A DNA stretch of 32,000 nucleotides from Bifidobacterium longum subsp. longum JCM 1217. Lineage in GTDB: Bacteria; Actinomycetota; Actinomycetes; Actinomycetales; Bifidobacteriaceae. The DNA is taken from assembly GCF_000196555.1 (NCBI RefSeq), contig NC_015067.1, forward strand, positions 660,001 through 692,000, read 5' to 3'. The translations under genes were made by a program, and so were the position numbers. Below are positions 1 through 9,836 of the stretch, in pieces. Under the pieces are notes generated by a model, which was given only the letters and a program-made list of their open reading frames with translations, was not told the DNA's origin and ran no database searches. Position 1 is the stretch's first letter. Every line of letters starts with the position of its first letter.

Positions 1-1010
1 AGTTGATCGACCTCTTCAGGCGTGGTGGCCCAGCTGGTGCAGATGCGCATCACGGTGTGCGTGTCGTCGGCCTTTTCGGTAAAGCCGAGCTTGATCTCGC
101 GCTCCAGACGGTCGATGGTCGGCTGATCCATCGTCACGAAAATCTGGTTGGTGGGCGCTTCGAAAGTGAGCGTGTAGCCCTTGGCGCGCAGGGCCTCGCG
201 AATACGATCGGCCGCCTCATTGGCGTTGCGGGCGATCTTGAAATACAGGTTGTCGGTGAACAAAGCGTCAAACTGCGCGCCCAGCACAAAGCCCTTGGCC
301 AGCAAGGCACCGTGCTGCTTGATGAGGGTCAAGAAGTGCTTCGGCGTGTTGTGCTTGGTAAACACCACGGCCTCGCCGAACAGGGCACCCACCTTGGTAC
401 CGCCGATGTAGAACACGTCGGCGATGGTCGCCAGATCCGCGAGCGTCATGTCTGAACCGGTGGCGGTCAGCGCGTAGCCGAGTCGCGCGCCATCCACGAA
501 CAGCGGCATGTCGTACTTGTGCGCCACATCGGCGATGGCCTGCAACTCGGCCTTGGAGTAGATGGTGCCATATTCGGTGCTTTGCGAGACGTACACGGAG
601 CCCGGGAACACCATGTGCTCGTAGTTGCCGTCCGCATAGAAGGTCTTGCAGAACTCGTCCAGTTCGGTCGGGTCCATTTTGCCGTTGTGCTGGGGAATCG
701 TGAGCACCTTGTGCCCGGAGAACTCGATGGCGCCGGCCTCGTGCACGTTCGGATGGCCGGAGGCGACCGCGACCACGCCTGCATACGCCGGGGTGATGGT
801 GTCGATGACGACCTGGTTGGTCTGCGTGCCGCCGACGAGGAACCACACATCCGCGTCCGGCTGGCCGCAGGCCTCGCGGATCTTGGCCTTGGCCTGATCG
901 CTCAGTTCGTCGGACCCGTAGCCCGAATACAGATGGTTGTTGGCTTCAGCCACGGCTTCAAGCACCGCGGGATGGGCGGCGCGGGAGTAATCGTTCTCAA
1001 AAGACAGCAT
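1..1010 (-). CDS. threonine aldolase family protein (PLP-dependent, beta-eliminating lyase fold); C-terminus runs off the window start
   Basis: Not in the ORF track because no stop lies inside the window. The reverse strand from ATG (complement of cat 1008-1010) is open to base 1. It reads MLSFENDYSRAAHPAVLEAVAEANN...FLVGGTQTNQ...STEYGTIYSK...FVDGARLGYALTATG...FYIGGTKVGALFGEAVVF...LLAKGFVLGAQFDALF...RICTSWATTPEEVDQ. This motif series matches the threonine aldolase family as I remember it. Confidence 0.8.
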   Translation of the reverse strand, partial: MLSFENDYSRAAHPAVLEAVAEANNHLYSGYGSDELSDQAKAKIREACGQPDADVWFLVGGTQTNQVVIDTITPAYAGVVAVASGHPNVHEAGAIEFSGHKVLTIPQHNGKMDPTELDEFCKTFYADGNYEHMVFPGSVYVSQSTEYGTIYSKAELQAIADVAHKYDMPLFVDGARLGYALTATGSDMTLADLATIADVFYIGGTKVGALFGEAVVFTKHNTPKHFLTLIKQHGALLAKGFVLGAQFDALFTDNLYFKIARNANEAADRIREALRAKGYTLTFEAPTNQIFVTMDQPTIDRLEREIKLGFTEKADDTHTVMRICTSWATTPEEVDQ

Positions 1011-1120
1011 GACGGACCTTTTGTCCTTATGTTCGGTGAATTGGATATGCCCTGAGTGTACAACGCGGTGGTTCCCGGCATGCCTATTTGGCCTATAACC
1101 CAGGAGCGGGGAATTCAGGG

Positions 1121-1157
1121 AGAAAAAACAAAACCCTTCCGCGAACGGAAGGGTTTT
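1121..1157 (-). terminator. intrinsic terminator downstream of tRNA-His
   Basis: Perfect 12-bp stem aaaacccttccg / cggaagggtttt (1130-1141 / 1146-1157) with loop cgaa. On the minus strand it is followed by GTTTTTTTCT (complement of 1121-1130). Confidence 0.8.
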
Positions 1158-1159
1158 AC

Positions 1160-1236
1160 TGGGGTGGCCAACGCGGCTCGAACGCGCGACCTTCTGAACC
1201 ACAATCAGATGCTCTACCAACTGAGCTATGGCCACC
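1160..1236 (-). tRNA. tRNA-His (anticodon GTG)
   Basis: Reverse complement is GGTGGCCATAGCTCAGTTGGTAGAGCATCTGATTGTGGTTCAGAAGGTCGCGCGTTCGAGCCGCGTTGGCCACCCCA. Cloverleaf: acceptor GTGGCCA/TGGCCAC, D stem GCTC/GAGC, anticodon stem TCTGA/TCAGA with loop TTGTGGT (GTG), T stem GCGCG/CGCGT with a TTCGAGC loop. The extra 5' G(-1) opposite C73 is the tRNA-His hallmark, and the CCA is encoded. Confidence 0.93.
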
Positions 1237-1571
1237 ATAGTGCCGTATTCAGCAAGCTGAATTCGCGCAACAGGTGAATACTATACACAACTTTGCGGAT
1301 GTGTGCTCATCGGTGTGTCGCGATGGAATCAAGTGGTCGGTTTCATTCTTGGGGCCAGGCTGCGGGCTGTCTCAGATGGCGGGATGTGGATGAGTGGGTC
1401 TTGTGCGGCGATTGATGAAAAGTCAAGGCACACGACGGTGTGATGGTACGACCGGGGATTGCAGAAATGATTACGTGAGTGTTCGCAATGTGAGCATTAT
1501 GTTTCATATCAACCGCGACCCGCCTAGTTTCATGCGATGTTACCTACACCAAACAAGGGAAGAGAAACACC

Positions 1572-2633
1572 ATGGAAAAGGTTAAAGCCTTTGCAGATTG
1601 GCTGACCAAGTGGTTTACGGTCATCGTCATCGTCTGGGCCGTCTTCAACTACTTCGTGCCGGCCGCCAGCTTGTGGGGCAAGGCGTACACCGGCTACATG
1701 CTGGGCATCGTGCTGTTCGGCATGGGCCTGACCCTGACGCTGGACGACTTCAAGCGCATCCTGACCCAGCCGCTGATGGTCATCGTCGGCACCGTAGCTC
1801 ACTTCATCATCATGCCGCTCATCGCCGTGGCCCTGTGCGCGATCTTCCACCTGTCCGGCCCGCTGGCCGTGGGCGTGATTCTCGTCGGCTGCTGCCCGTC
1901 TGGCACCTCCTCCAACGTGATGAGCTACCTGTCCCGTGGTGACGTGGCCCTCGATGTCTCCATCGGCATCCTCTCCACCCTGTGCGCCCCGTTCATGATT
2001 CCGCTGCTGATGCAGCTGCTCGCTTCTCAGTACGTGTCCGTGCCGACTCAGTCCCTGTTCCTCAACGCCGTCAAGGTGGTGCTCTTCCCGATCGCCCTCG
2101 GTGTGATCTGCCACATGATCTTCGGCAAGAAGATCGAGAAGGTTACGGTCGCCCTGCCTATCGTTTCTCAGGTGGCTATTCTGCTTATCATCGGCGTGGT
2201 CGTTGCCGCCAACGGTCCGAAGCTGTTCGTGGCCAGCTCCCTGGTGGCCATCCCGGTGGTCATCCTGCACAACCTGTGCGGCTACTCGCTGGGCTTCGGC
2301 TTCTCCAAGCTGATGTACAAGATCTACCCGAAGGGCTTCCGCTACGCACAGCAGAAGGCCATCACCTTCGAAGTCGGCATGCAGGACTCCGCTCTGGGCG
2401 CAACCCTGGCCCTGACCTCCTTCGCAACCAACCCACTCGCTGCCGTGCCGTCCACCTTCTTCTCCGTGTGGCACAACATCTCCGGCTCTATCCTGTCCAG
2501 CTGGTGGCGCAACCACGATGACAAGCACGAGATCCACTGGGATTCCGACAATGGCGAGAAGGGCTCTGCCAAGAGCACCGTTTCAGCGGCCCACCCGTTC
2601 GACGCCGATAAGGCCGCCAAGGTCGCTGCCTGA
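1572..2633 (+). CDS. bile acid:sodium symporter (BASS / SBF-like) family transporter
   Basis: 353-aa polytopic membrane protein. It carries family-typical stretches (LGIVLFGMGLTLTLDDFK, GVILVGCCPSGTSSNVMSYL, GMQDSALGATLA). An SD-like AAGGGAAGAG lies upstream of the ATG at 1572. Confidence 0.8.
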   Translation: MEKVKAFADWLTKWFTVIVIVWAVFNYFVPAASLWGKAYTGYMLGIVLFGMGLTLTLDDFKRILTQPLMVIVGTVAHFIIMPLIAVALCAIFHLSGPLAVGVILVGCCPSGTSSNVMSYLSRGDVALDVSIGILSTLCAPFMIPLLMQLLASQYVSVPTQSLFLNAVKVVLFPIALGVICHMIFGKKIEKVTVALPIVSQVAILLIIGVVVAANGPKLFVASSLVAIPVVILHNLCGYSLGFGFSKLMYKIYPKGFRYAQQKAITFEVGMQDSALGATLALTSFATNPLAAVPSTFFSVWHNISGSILSSWWRNHDDKHEIHWDSDNGEKGSAKSTVSAAHPFDADKAAKVAA

Positions 2634-2823
2634 AATCCTGAAATGGTGAGAAAGGTCGGGTAAGGCACGACTCCAGTCAGTCGGTCATCCACCTTTCCTA
2701 CCTCGCATAACATAGCCGCTCCCGCTTACTCCCGATTGAGGTATCGGGCGTTTCGCGAGGGCGGTTTTGCTATAATTGGTAATGCAGAAAGCGGCAAGGT
2801 AATACGGCAAAGAGGCCGGGTCG

Positions 2824-2907
2824 CTAGAGGTTCCCATCGGATATGGAAGAGCACGAGGATGTGCTGGAAACAGATAACACAGAAGCGGATGTGGTGAAAA
2901 GAAACAT
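2824..2907 (-). CDS. possible 27-aa Ser/Thr-rich small ORF (MFLFTTSASVLSVSSTSSCSSISDGNL)
   Basis: A perfect AAGGAGG (complement of 2915-2921) sits 7 nt upstream of the ATG (complement of 2905-2907). The only support is the SD geometry; there is no homology call. Confidence 0.2.
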   Translation of the reverse strand: MFLFTTSASVLSVSSTSSCSSISDGNL

Positions 2908-2924
2908 AATGTAACCTCCTTGGC

Positions 2925-2960
2925 GGTGCCCCCGTGTGACATAGTCTCCGCGGGGGCACC
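2925..2960. other. GC-rich perfect 10-bp hairpin
   Basis: ggtgcccccg (2925-2934) pairs with cgggggcacc (2951-2960) around a 16-nt loop. No adjacent U-tract on either strand. On the minus strand it ends 3 nt before the AAGGAGG of the small ORF. Confidence 0.6.
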
Positions 2961-2977
2961 TGCTGTGTGGCGTTCCC

Positions 2978-3062
2978 TTTTTGCGACGCATTCCCGGGAA
3001 TATTGCGTTGGGAGAATAGTTGGGTGTGTGTTTTGCGACGCATTGGAATATTGCGTTGGGAG
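2978..3062 (+). repeat. two direct copies of a 32-37-nt motif TTTTGCGACGCATT(CCCG)GGAATATTGCGTTGGGAG
   Basis: Copy 1 is 2978-3014 and copy 2 is 3031-3062. They are identical except for a 4-nt CCCG insertion in copy 1. Each copy has internal dyad symmetry (ACGCA..TTCC / GGAA..TGCGT). Confidence 0.85.
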
Positions 3063-3398
3063 GAGAGGAAAAGTACGGGGGCGCAGGAGGTCCCCAAACC
3101 AGTGAGTTGTGGCTCGGCGCGTCGTTGTCCGGAGGAATCGTAATATAGATATTCGTGTGTGCCAACAGCACGCCTTATGTAACAGGCGAGCATGCTGGGA
3201 TATCCTTCAAACCGCTGATCGCACGCAGTAATGCGCCGACGGGAGGGGCGAAGGCCATCGGGCCGGTGGACTGGGCTATCTTTTCCGATTCGTCGGGTGC
3301 CGCCAACAGGCGGATACCAAGCGAGTGTGCTGAAAAGTGTGGGTGCAGTGCGGCGGTCACACAAAAGCAAGAGAAACCACTGAATCGGAGAATTCAAG

Positions 3399-3770
3399 TT
3401 GCCTACTATTGAACAGCTCGTCCGTAAGGGACGTCAGGCAAAGCCGAAGAAGTCCAAGACTTTGGCCCTGAAGGGCAGCCCGCTGCGTCGCGGCGTGTGC
3501 ACCCGTGTCTACACCACCACCCCGAAGAAGCCGAACTCGGCTCTGCGTAAGGTCGCTCGTGTGCGCCTGTCCTCGGGCATCGAAGTCACCGCCTACATTC
3601 CGGGCGAAGGCCACAATCTGCAGGAGCACTCCATCGTGCTCGTGCGCGGCGGCCGTGTGAAGGATCTCCCGGGTGTGCGTTACCACATCGTGCGTGGCGC
3701 GCTCGATACCCAGGGTGTCAAGGACCGTAAGCAGGGTCGTTCCCTGTATGGAGCAAAGAAGGCGAAGTAA
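3399..3770 (+). CDS. rpsL: 30S ribosomal protein S12
   Basis: The 123-aa sequence (M)[12 protein letters not shown]...[18 protein letters not shown]...[10 protein letters not shown] is unmistakably S12. TTG start at 3399, with GGAG 8 nt upstream. Confidence 0.97.
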   Translation: MPTIEQLVRKGRQAKPKKSKTLALKGSPLRRGVCTRVYTTTPKKPNSALRKVARVRLSSGIEVTAYIPGEGHNLQEHSIVLVRGGRVKDLPGVRYHIVRGALDTQGVKDRKQGRSLYGAKKAK

Positions 3771-3775
3771 GAGAT

Positions 3776-4246
3776 ATGTCACGTAAGGGACCTTCCAAGA
3801 AGCACGTCGTGCTGCCCGATCCGATCTACGGTTCCACCGTGGTGGCGCAGCTCATCAACAAGATTCTGCTTGACGGCAAGAAGTCGATCGCCGAAGACAT
3901 CGTCTACTCCGCGCTCGATATGGTCAAGGAGAAGTCCGACCAGGAGCCGGTGGCTGTGCTCAAGCGCGCCCTGGACAACATCCGTCCGTCCCTCGAGGTT
4001 CGCTCCCGCCGTGTCGGTGGCGCCACCTACCAGGTGCCGGTCGAGGTCAAGCCGAACCGCGCCAACACCCTGTCGCTGCGCTGGCTGACCGACTTCTCCC
4101 GCGCCCGTCGTGAGAAGACCATGGCTGAGCGTCTCGCCAATGAGATCCTGGATGCCTCCAACGGCCTCGGTGCTTCTGTCAAGCGCCGCGAGGATACTCA
4201 TAAGATGGCAGAGGCTAACAAGGCCTTCGCTCATTACCGCTGGTAA
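3776..4246 (+). CDS. rpsG: 30S ribosomal protein S7
   Basis: The 156-aa sequence [20 protein letters not shown]...[14 protein letters not shown]...[14 protein letters not shown] is canonical S7. It starts 5 nt after the rpsL stop. Confidence 0.97.
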   Translation: MSRKGPSKKHVVLPDPIYGSTVVAQLINKILLDGKKSIAEDIVYSALDMVKEKSDQEPVAVLKRALDNIRPSLEVRSRRVGGATYQVPVEVKPNRANTLSLRWLTDFSRARREKTMAERLANEILDASNGLGASVKRREDTHKMAEANKAFAHYRW

Positions 4247-4277
4247 TCACTCGCCCTGAGTAAAACTAAGGAAAAAG

Positions 4278-6401
4278 ATGGCTGAAGAGATTTCGGACCT
4301 CCACGACGTCCGCAATATCGGCATCATGGCCCACATTGATGCCGGCAAGACCACCACTACCGAGCGTATTCTGTTCTACACCGGTAAGAACTACAAGATC
4401 GGCGAGACCCACGACGGCGCCTCCACCATGGACTTCATGGCGCAGGAGCAGGAACGTGGTATCACCATCCAGTCCGCTGCTACCACCTGCTTCTGGAGCC
4501 GTCAGTCCCACGACACCAAGGACAAGTTCCAGATCAACATCATCGATACCCCTGGCCACGTGGACTTCACGGCCGAGGTGGAGCGCTCCCTGCGTGTGCT
4601 CGATGGTGCCGTTGCCGTGTTCGACGGCAAGGAAGGCGTGGAGCCTCAGTCCGAGACCGTGTGGCGTCAGGCTGACAAGTACGGCGTTCCGCGTATCTGC
4701 TTCATCAACAAGATGGACAAGCTGGGCGCGAACTTCTACTACTCCGTCGACACCATCAAGGAGAAGCTGGGCGCTACTCCGATCGTGATGCAGTTGCCGA
4801 TCGGTTCCGAGAACGACTTCACTGGCGTTGTCGACCTGGTTGAGATGCAGGCTTACGTGTGGAACGGCACCGAGGAGCTCGGCGCCAAGTACGACACCAC
4901 TGAGATCCCGGACGACCTCAAGGACAAGGCTCAGGAGTACCACGAGAAGCTCGTGGAAGCCGCTGCCGAAGCCGACGACGACCTCATGAACAAGTTCTTC
5001 GAGGACGGCGACCTGTCCAAGGAAGACATCCGCGCTGGCGTGCGTAAGCTCACCATCGCCAAGGAAGCCTTCCCGATCTTCTGCGGTTCCGCCTTCAAGG
5101 ACAAGGGCGTTCAGCCGATGCTGGACGGCGTTGTCGATTACCTGCCGTCTCCTGAAGACGTGCCGGCCATCAAGGGCTACAAGCCTGGCGATGAGTCCGT
5201 CGAGATCGACCGTCACCCGGTCAAGTCCGATCCGTTCGCGGCTCTGGTCTTCAAGATCTCCACCCACCCGTTCTACGGCAAGCTCGTGTTCGTGCGCGTC
5301 TACTCCGGCTCCGTTGTGCCGGGCGACTCCGTGCTCGACTCCACCCGCGAGAAGAAGGAACGTATCGGCAAGATCTTCCAGATGCACGCCGATAAGGAAA
5401 ACCCGATGGACCGCGCTGACGCCGGTAACATCTACACCTTCGTGGGCCTGAAGAACGTGACCACCGGTGACACCCTGTGCGCCATCGACGATCCGATCAC
5501 CCTCGACTCCATGACCTTCCCGGATCCTGTGATCCAGGTGGCCGTCGAACCGAAGACCAAGGCCGACCAGGAGAAGATGGGCATCGCCCTGTCCAAGCTG
5601 GCCGAAGAGGATCCGACCTTCCAGGTCACGACCGACGAAGAGTCCGGCCAGACCCTGATCGCCGGCATGGGCGAGCTCCAGCTCGACATCATCGTCGACC
5701 GTATGCGCCGCGAGTTCAAGGTTGAGTGCAACCAGGGCAAGCCGCAGGTCGCCTACCGCGAGACCATCCGCAAGGCCGTCATGGACCAGGGCTACACCCA
5801 CAAGAAGCAGACCGGTGGTTCCGGCCAGTTCGCAAAGGTCCTGATGAACTTCGAGCCGCTCGACACCACCGAGGGCAAGACCTTCGAGTTCGAGAATAAG
5901 GTCACCGGCGGCCACATCTCCGCCGAATTCATCGGCCCCATCGAGGCCGGTGTCAAGGAGGCCATGGAGTCCGGTGTTCTCGCCGGCTTCCCGGTCGTGG
6001 GCGTCAAGGCCACCGTCACTGACGGCCAGATGCACCCGGTCGATTCCTCCGAAATGGCCTTCAAGCTCGCAGGTTCCATGTGCTTCAAGGAAGCTGCCCC
6101 GAAGGCCAAGCCGGTCATTCTCGAACCGATCATGAAGGTCGAAGTCCGTACGCCGGAAGAGTACATGGGCGAAGTCATCGGCGATCTGAACCAGCGCCGT
6201 GGCAACATCCAGTCCATGACCGACGGTGTCGGCGTCAAGGTCATCGACGCCAAGGTCCCGCTGTCCGAGATGTTCGGCTACATCGGCGACCTGCGTTCCA
6301 AGACCCAGGGTCGTGCCATGTTCACCATGGAGATGGACTCCTACGACGAGGTGCCGAAGAGCGTCTCCGAGGAGATCATCAAGGCCCAGCGCGGCGAGTG
6401 A
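4278..6401 (+). CDS. fusA: elongation factor G
   Basis: 707 aa with G motifs [17 protein letters not shown] and NKMD, and full EF-G domain order. AAGGA SD before the ATG at 4278. Confidence 0.98.
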   Translation: MAEEISDLHDVRNIGIMAHIDAGKTTTTERILFYTGKNYKIGETHDGASTMDFMAQEQERGITIQSAATTCFWSRQSHDTKDKFQINIIDTPGHVDFTAEVERSLRVLDGAVAVFDGKEGVEPQSETVWRQADKYGVPRICFINKMDKLGANFYYSVDTIKEKLGATPIVMQLPIGSENDFTGVVDLVEMQAYVWNGTEELGAKYDTTEIPDDLKDKAQEYHEKLVEAAAEADDDLMNKFFEDGDLSKEDIRAGVRKLTIAKEAFPIFCGSAFKDKGVQPMLDGVVDYLPSPEDVPAIKGYKPGDESVEIDRHPVKSDPFAALVFKISTHPFYGKLVFVRVYSGSVVPGDSVLDSTREKKERIGKIFQMHADKENPMDRADAGNIYTFVGLKNVTTGDTLCAIDDPITLDSMTFPDPVIQVAVEPKTKADQEKMGIALSKLAEEDPTFQVTTDEESGQTLIAGMGELQLDIIVDRMRREFKVECNQGKPQVAYRETIRKAVMDQGYTHKKQTGGSGQFAKVLMNFEPLDTTEGKTFEFENKVTGGHISAEFIGPIEAGVKEAMESGVLAGFPVVGVKATVTDGQMHPVDSSEMAFKLAGSMCFKEAAPKAKPVILEPIMKVEVRTPEEYMGEVIGDLNQRRGNIQSMTDGVGVKVIDAKVPLSEMFGYIGDLRSKTQGRAMFTMEMDSYDEVPKSVSEEIIKAQRGE

Positions 6402-6433
6402 CACGCGCCACTGCATGAAGTAGCCAGTGTCTT

Positions 6434-6465
6434 CAGTCAGCGGTAATATCGTATACCGCTGACTG
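6434..6465 (+). terminator. fusA-tuf intergenic hairpin (partial terminator or processing structure)
   Basis: 12-bp perfect stem cagtcagcggta / taccgctgactg with an 8-nt loop, followed by ggttctggctcttc (weak U-tract). Confidence 0.4.
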
Positions 6466-6573
6466 GGTTCTGGCTCTTCAAAGTGGCACATAACCCAGAA
6501 ACCCAGTAGAATAAGCGAGTTCCTGTGCGAAAGGGTGCAGGAAACTCACGAGACGTCCAGGAGGACAAAAGTA

Positions 6574-7773
<1,200 letters not shown>

Positions 7774-7814
7774 TTTTCATCAGACAAGAATCTTCGCTTG
7801 AACTAGCGTTATAG

Positions 7815-7850
7815 GAAATCCCCTTCGAGGAAACTCGGAGGGGATTTTCT
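7815..7850 (+). terminator. intrinsic terminator after tuf
   Basis: gaaatccccttcgag / ctcggaggggatttt stem with a short loop, followed by TTTTCT. Confidence 0.8.
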
Positions 7851-7947
7851 ATAACCGCAGCAGGATATGGATATGTACCACGACTTCCGGCCTGGATGCG
7901 CTAGTGTTGCTTTTCAATAGATAAACGGACTGCTGCACTGCGAGGAT

Positions 7948-8712
7948 ATGACACTGATGGCAGGCCGGGAAAGAAGGTCGATGATGACTGGTGCACAGGC
8001 CGCTCACTGTGGTTCTGTATCCGCAATTTCGCTGGGACTGCCCGTTTCCACGGCGATTCCCGAAGCCAAAGGCACACTGCCGAAAGCCTTGTTCGTAGGC
8101 AAAGCGCCGATTTCCGGCAAACTCAAGCAGCGATTGGTGAACGAGATCGAATCCATCACCATGCTGGCGTTGGCCCGGTCGGCCAACACGGGGCTTGCGG
8201 ACGGCAAACTGATCCCGGAAGTGCTGGTCATCGGACTGAAGCTTACGGCCAAAGCCACCGGCATACCGAACGAAGTCATCGACCTGATCGCCGGACAGCG
8301 CAAATCGGGCATCGTGTTCGTGTGCGTACGCGACGTGCCGTTCGAGGGCAGCACGCGTGAGGAATGCGCGTTCGCCGTGCGCCGCGCCATACCGGGGCGT
8401 GCCGGGCACACGCCGATCTATCAGGTATATGCCGGCGACTGGCAGCCGGCGGGGGAGGCCCAGCTGGAGCTGGCCGGCTCTACTATTGATGAGCTGTGGG
8501 CATCGCTGTGCTCACAGACCATTTTGGGTACGCCGGAGGTCGAGAATCTGGATGCGCGCATCATTCGCCATACTGAAATTGCTCGGCTCGAATCCGAAGT
8601 GGACAAGCTCACTCGTGACCATCAGCGCGTCAAGAACCCGGCCCAGCGCAACGAGATCTATGCCAAACTCCACAAGGCCAAGGCGCAGCTCGCAAAACTG
8701 CGCGAGGCATAG
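7948..8712 (+). CDS. DUF4391-like protein (start codon uncertain)
   Basis: The architecture matches my memory of DUF4391. N-terminal part: LPKALF...KLKQRLVNEIESITMLA...IPEVLVIGLKL...EVIDLIAGQRKSGIVFVCV. Then ELAGSTIDELWASLCSQ. The tail is a coiled coil (IARLESEVDKLTRDHQRV...AKLHKAKAQLAKLREA). No search was run. Confidence 0.55.
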   Translation: MTLMAGRERRSMMTGAQAAHCGSVSAISLGLPVSTAIPEAKGTLPKALFVGKAPISGKLKQRLVNEIESITMLALARSANTGLADGKLIPEVLVIGLKLTAKATGIPNEVIDLIAGQRKSGIVFVCVRDVPFEGSTREECAFAVRRAIPGRAGHTPIYQVYAGDWQPAGEAQLELAGSTIDELWASLCSQTILGTPEVENLDARIIRHTEIARLESEVDKLTRDHQRVKNPAQRNEIYAKLHKAKAQLAKLREA

Positions 8713-8848
8713 TGATGTGAAAGCCATTGGGCTTCCGCTGGCGGGAGCTGGCTCGCGAAGCGAGACTGAGGGTGGTCCAGGTCCGTGGCCTAGGGCTACG
8801 CCCAAGCTAATTGAAATATTCGTGCATCATACAGCGTACAGTTAAACC

Positions 8849-9667
8849 ATGTTCCCTCTGCTCGAAACCCTGGTCGCCGTATACGAGGTGGGTCAGTTCA
8901 CGCTGGCCGCCGATGAGCTGAAGGTATCGCAGTCGACGGTGTCGTCGCGTATCGCCCAATTGGAGCAGATGGTCGGCGCGCCGCTGTTCGTGCGCAATGC
9001 GAAAAGTGACGTGACGCCCACACAGGCCGGGCGGATGCTGTACCAGACTGCCATCGGCATCGACGGATTATGGCGGGATACGCGTGAGCAGATCGCCCGC
9101 GTGCAGGAGGCGCGTGAGCCGCTGGCCGTGTCGTTCTCGCACACGACCGCGGCGATTCTGCTGCCGAAGGCGTTGCCGGTGATGGCTCGGGACATGGACG
9201 GTTTCGACTTCGCTGTACACGTGATGAACTCGGATGCGATTCTCGAACAGGCCAGCATGAAGGCCGTGCAGCTCGGCGTGGTGGAAAAGCCGATCGTGAA
9301 CGATTCGGTGGACCGCGTCACCCTGTGCGAGGACCGGCTGGTGTTGGCGGGGGAGCCTGACGGCGTGTGGATGGTGCGCGAACACGGTTCCGGCGTGCGG
9401 TATTACACGGATCTGTATTTCAAGACCGCTCAGGTTGTGCCTGCACGCACGATGGAAGTGTCCAGTAATGCGGCGATTGTGGCGGCGCTGTCCGCCGGGT
9501 TCGGGCAGTCGTTGATTTCGGAAGCCGCCGTGCCGGCGGGCGTGCCGGTGCAGCGGGAGCTTGGCGATGAGTTTGTGCGGCGGTTCTATGCGCTGGTGCC
9601 GAGATCCGGTCTGACGCACGATCAGCGGGAGTTGGCGGAGACGATTATTGCTGCGCTGCGCGGGTAG
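8849..9667 (+). CDS. LysR-family transcriptional regulator
   Basis: N-terminal wHTH LLETLVAVYEVGQFTLAADELKVSQSTVSSRIAQLEQMVGAPLFVR, plus a substrate-binding-domain-sized C-terminal part. 272 aa. Confidence 0.9.
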   Translation: MFPLLETLVAVYEVGQFTLAADELKVSQSTVSSRIAQLEQMVGAPLFVRNAKSDVTPTQAGRMLYQTAIGIDGLWRDTREQIARVQEAREPLAVSFSHTTAAILLPKALPVMARDMDGFDFAVHVMNSDAILEQASMKAVQLGVVEKPIVNDSVDRVTLCEDRLVLAGEPDGVWMVREHGSGVRYYTDLYFKTAQVVPARTMEVSSNAAIVAALSAGFGQSLISEAAVPAGVPVQRELGDEFVRRFYALVPRSGLTHDQRELAETIIAALRG

Positions 9668-9763
9668 TCAGATAGTCGACTGAGGGGAGGTTGCGAACGT
9701 TGTTTCTCTCCCTCCGTCCGCCTGCGGCGGCCACCTCTCTCATCAGAGGGAGATCAATTAGGT

Positions 9764-9778
9764 ATCGACAAAATCGAT
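9764..9778. promoter_or_regulatory. palindrome ATCGA-N5-TCGAT, candidate LysR-type operator upstream of the YeiH-family gene
   Basis: atcgacaaaatcgat lies 59 nt upstream of the 9837 start. It fits the T-N11-A dyad style of LysR boxes. The functional assignment is inference only. Confidence 0.3.
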
Positions 9779-9836
9779 GATATGTATTGGTTGCAATGAT
9801 TTGACCGATGTAAACGCTTGAGCTTCAATAGACATC

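Noticed and set aside
1160-1236. tRNA-His as the attachment site of the integrative element
   Set aside because: It lies 24 kb from the integrase with core genes in between. No tRNA-like sequence was found in 24944-25295.
1530-2537. Long minus-strand ORFs opposite the transporter genes (1530-2537, 9825-10961, 19897-20700, 23277-23972)
   Set aside because: They are antisense to clear polytopic membrane proteins. Their translations are rich in charged residues plus H/R/G/D and have no domain signatures.
2920-3105. 61-aa ORF with an internally repeated peptide (FATHSREYCVGR / FCDALEYCVGRR)
   Set aside because: The repetition reflects the duplicated DNA motif. There is no SD, and the composition is atypical and Cys/Arg-rich.
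4266-6491. 741-aa minus-strand ORF spanning the whole of fusA
   Set aside because: It is the exact antisense of a canonical EF-G gene. Its composition is dominated by G/D/H/L/V/R with no recognisable motif. This is the typical long antisense open frame of GC-rich DNA.
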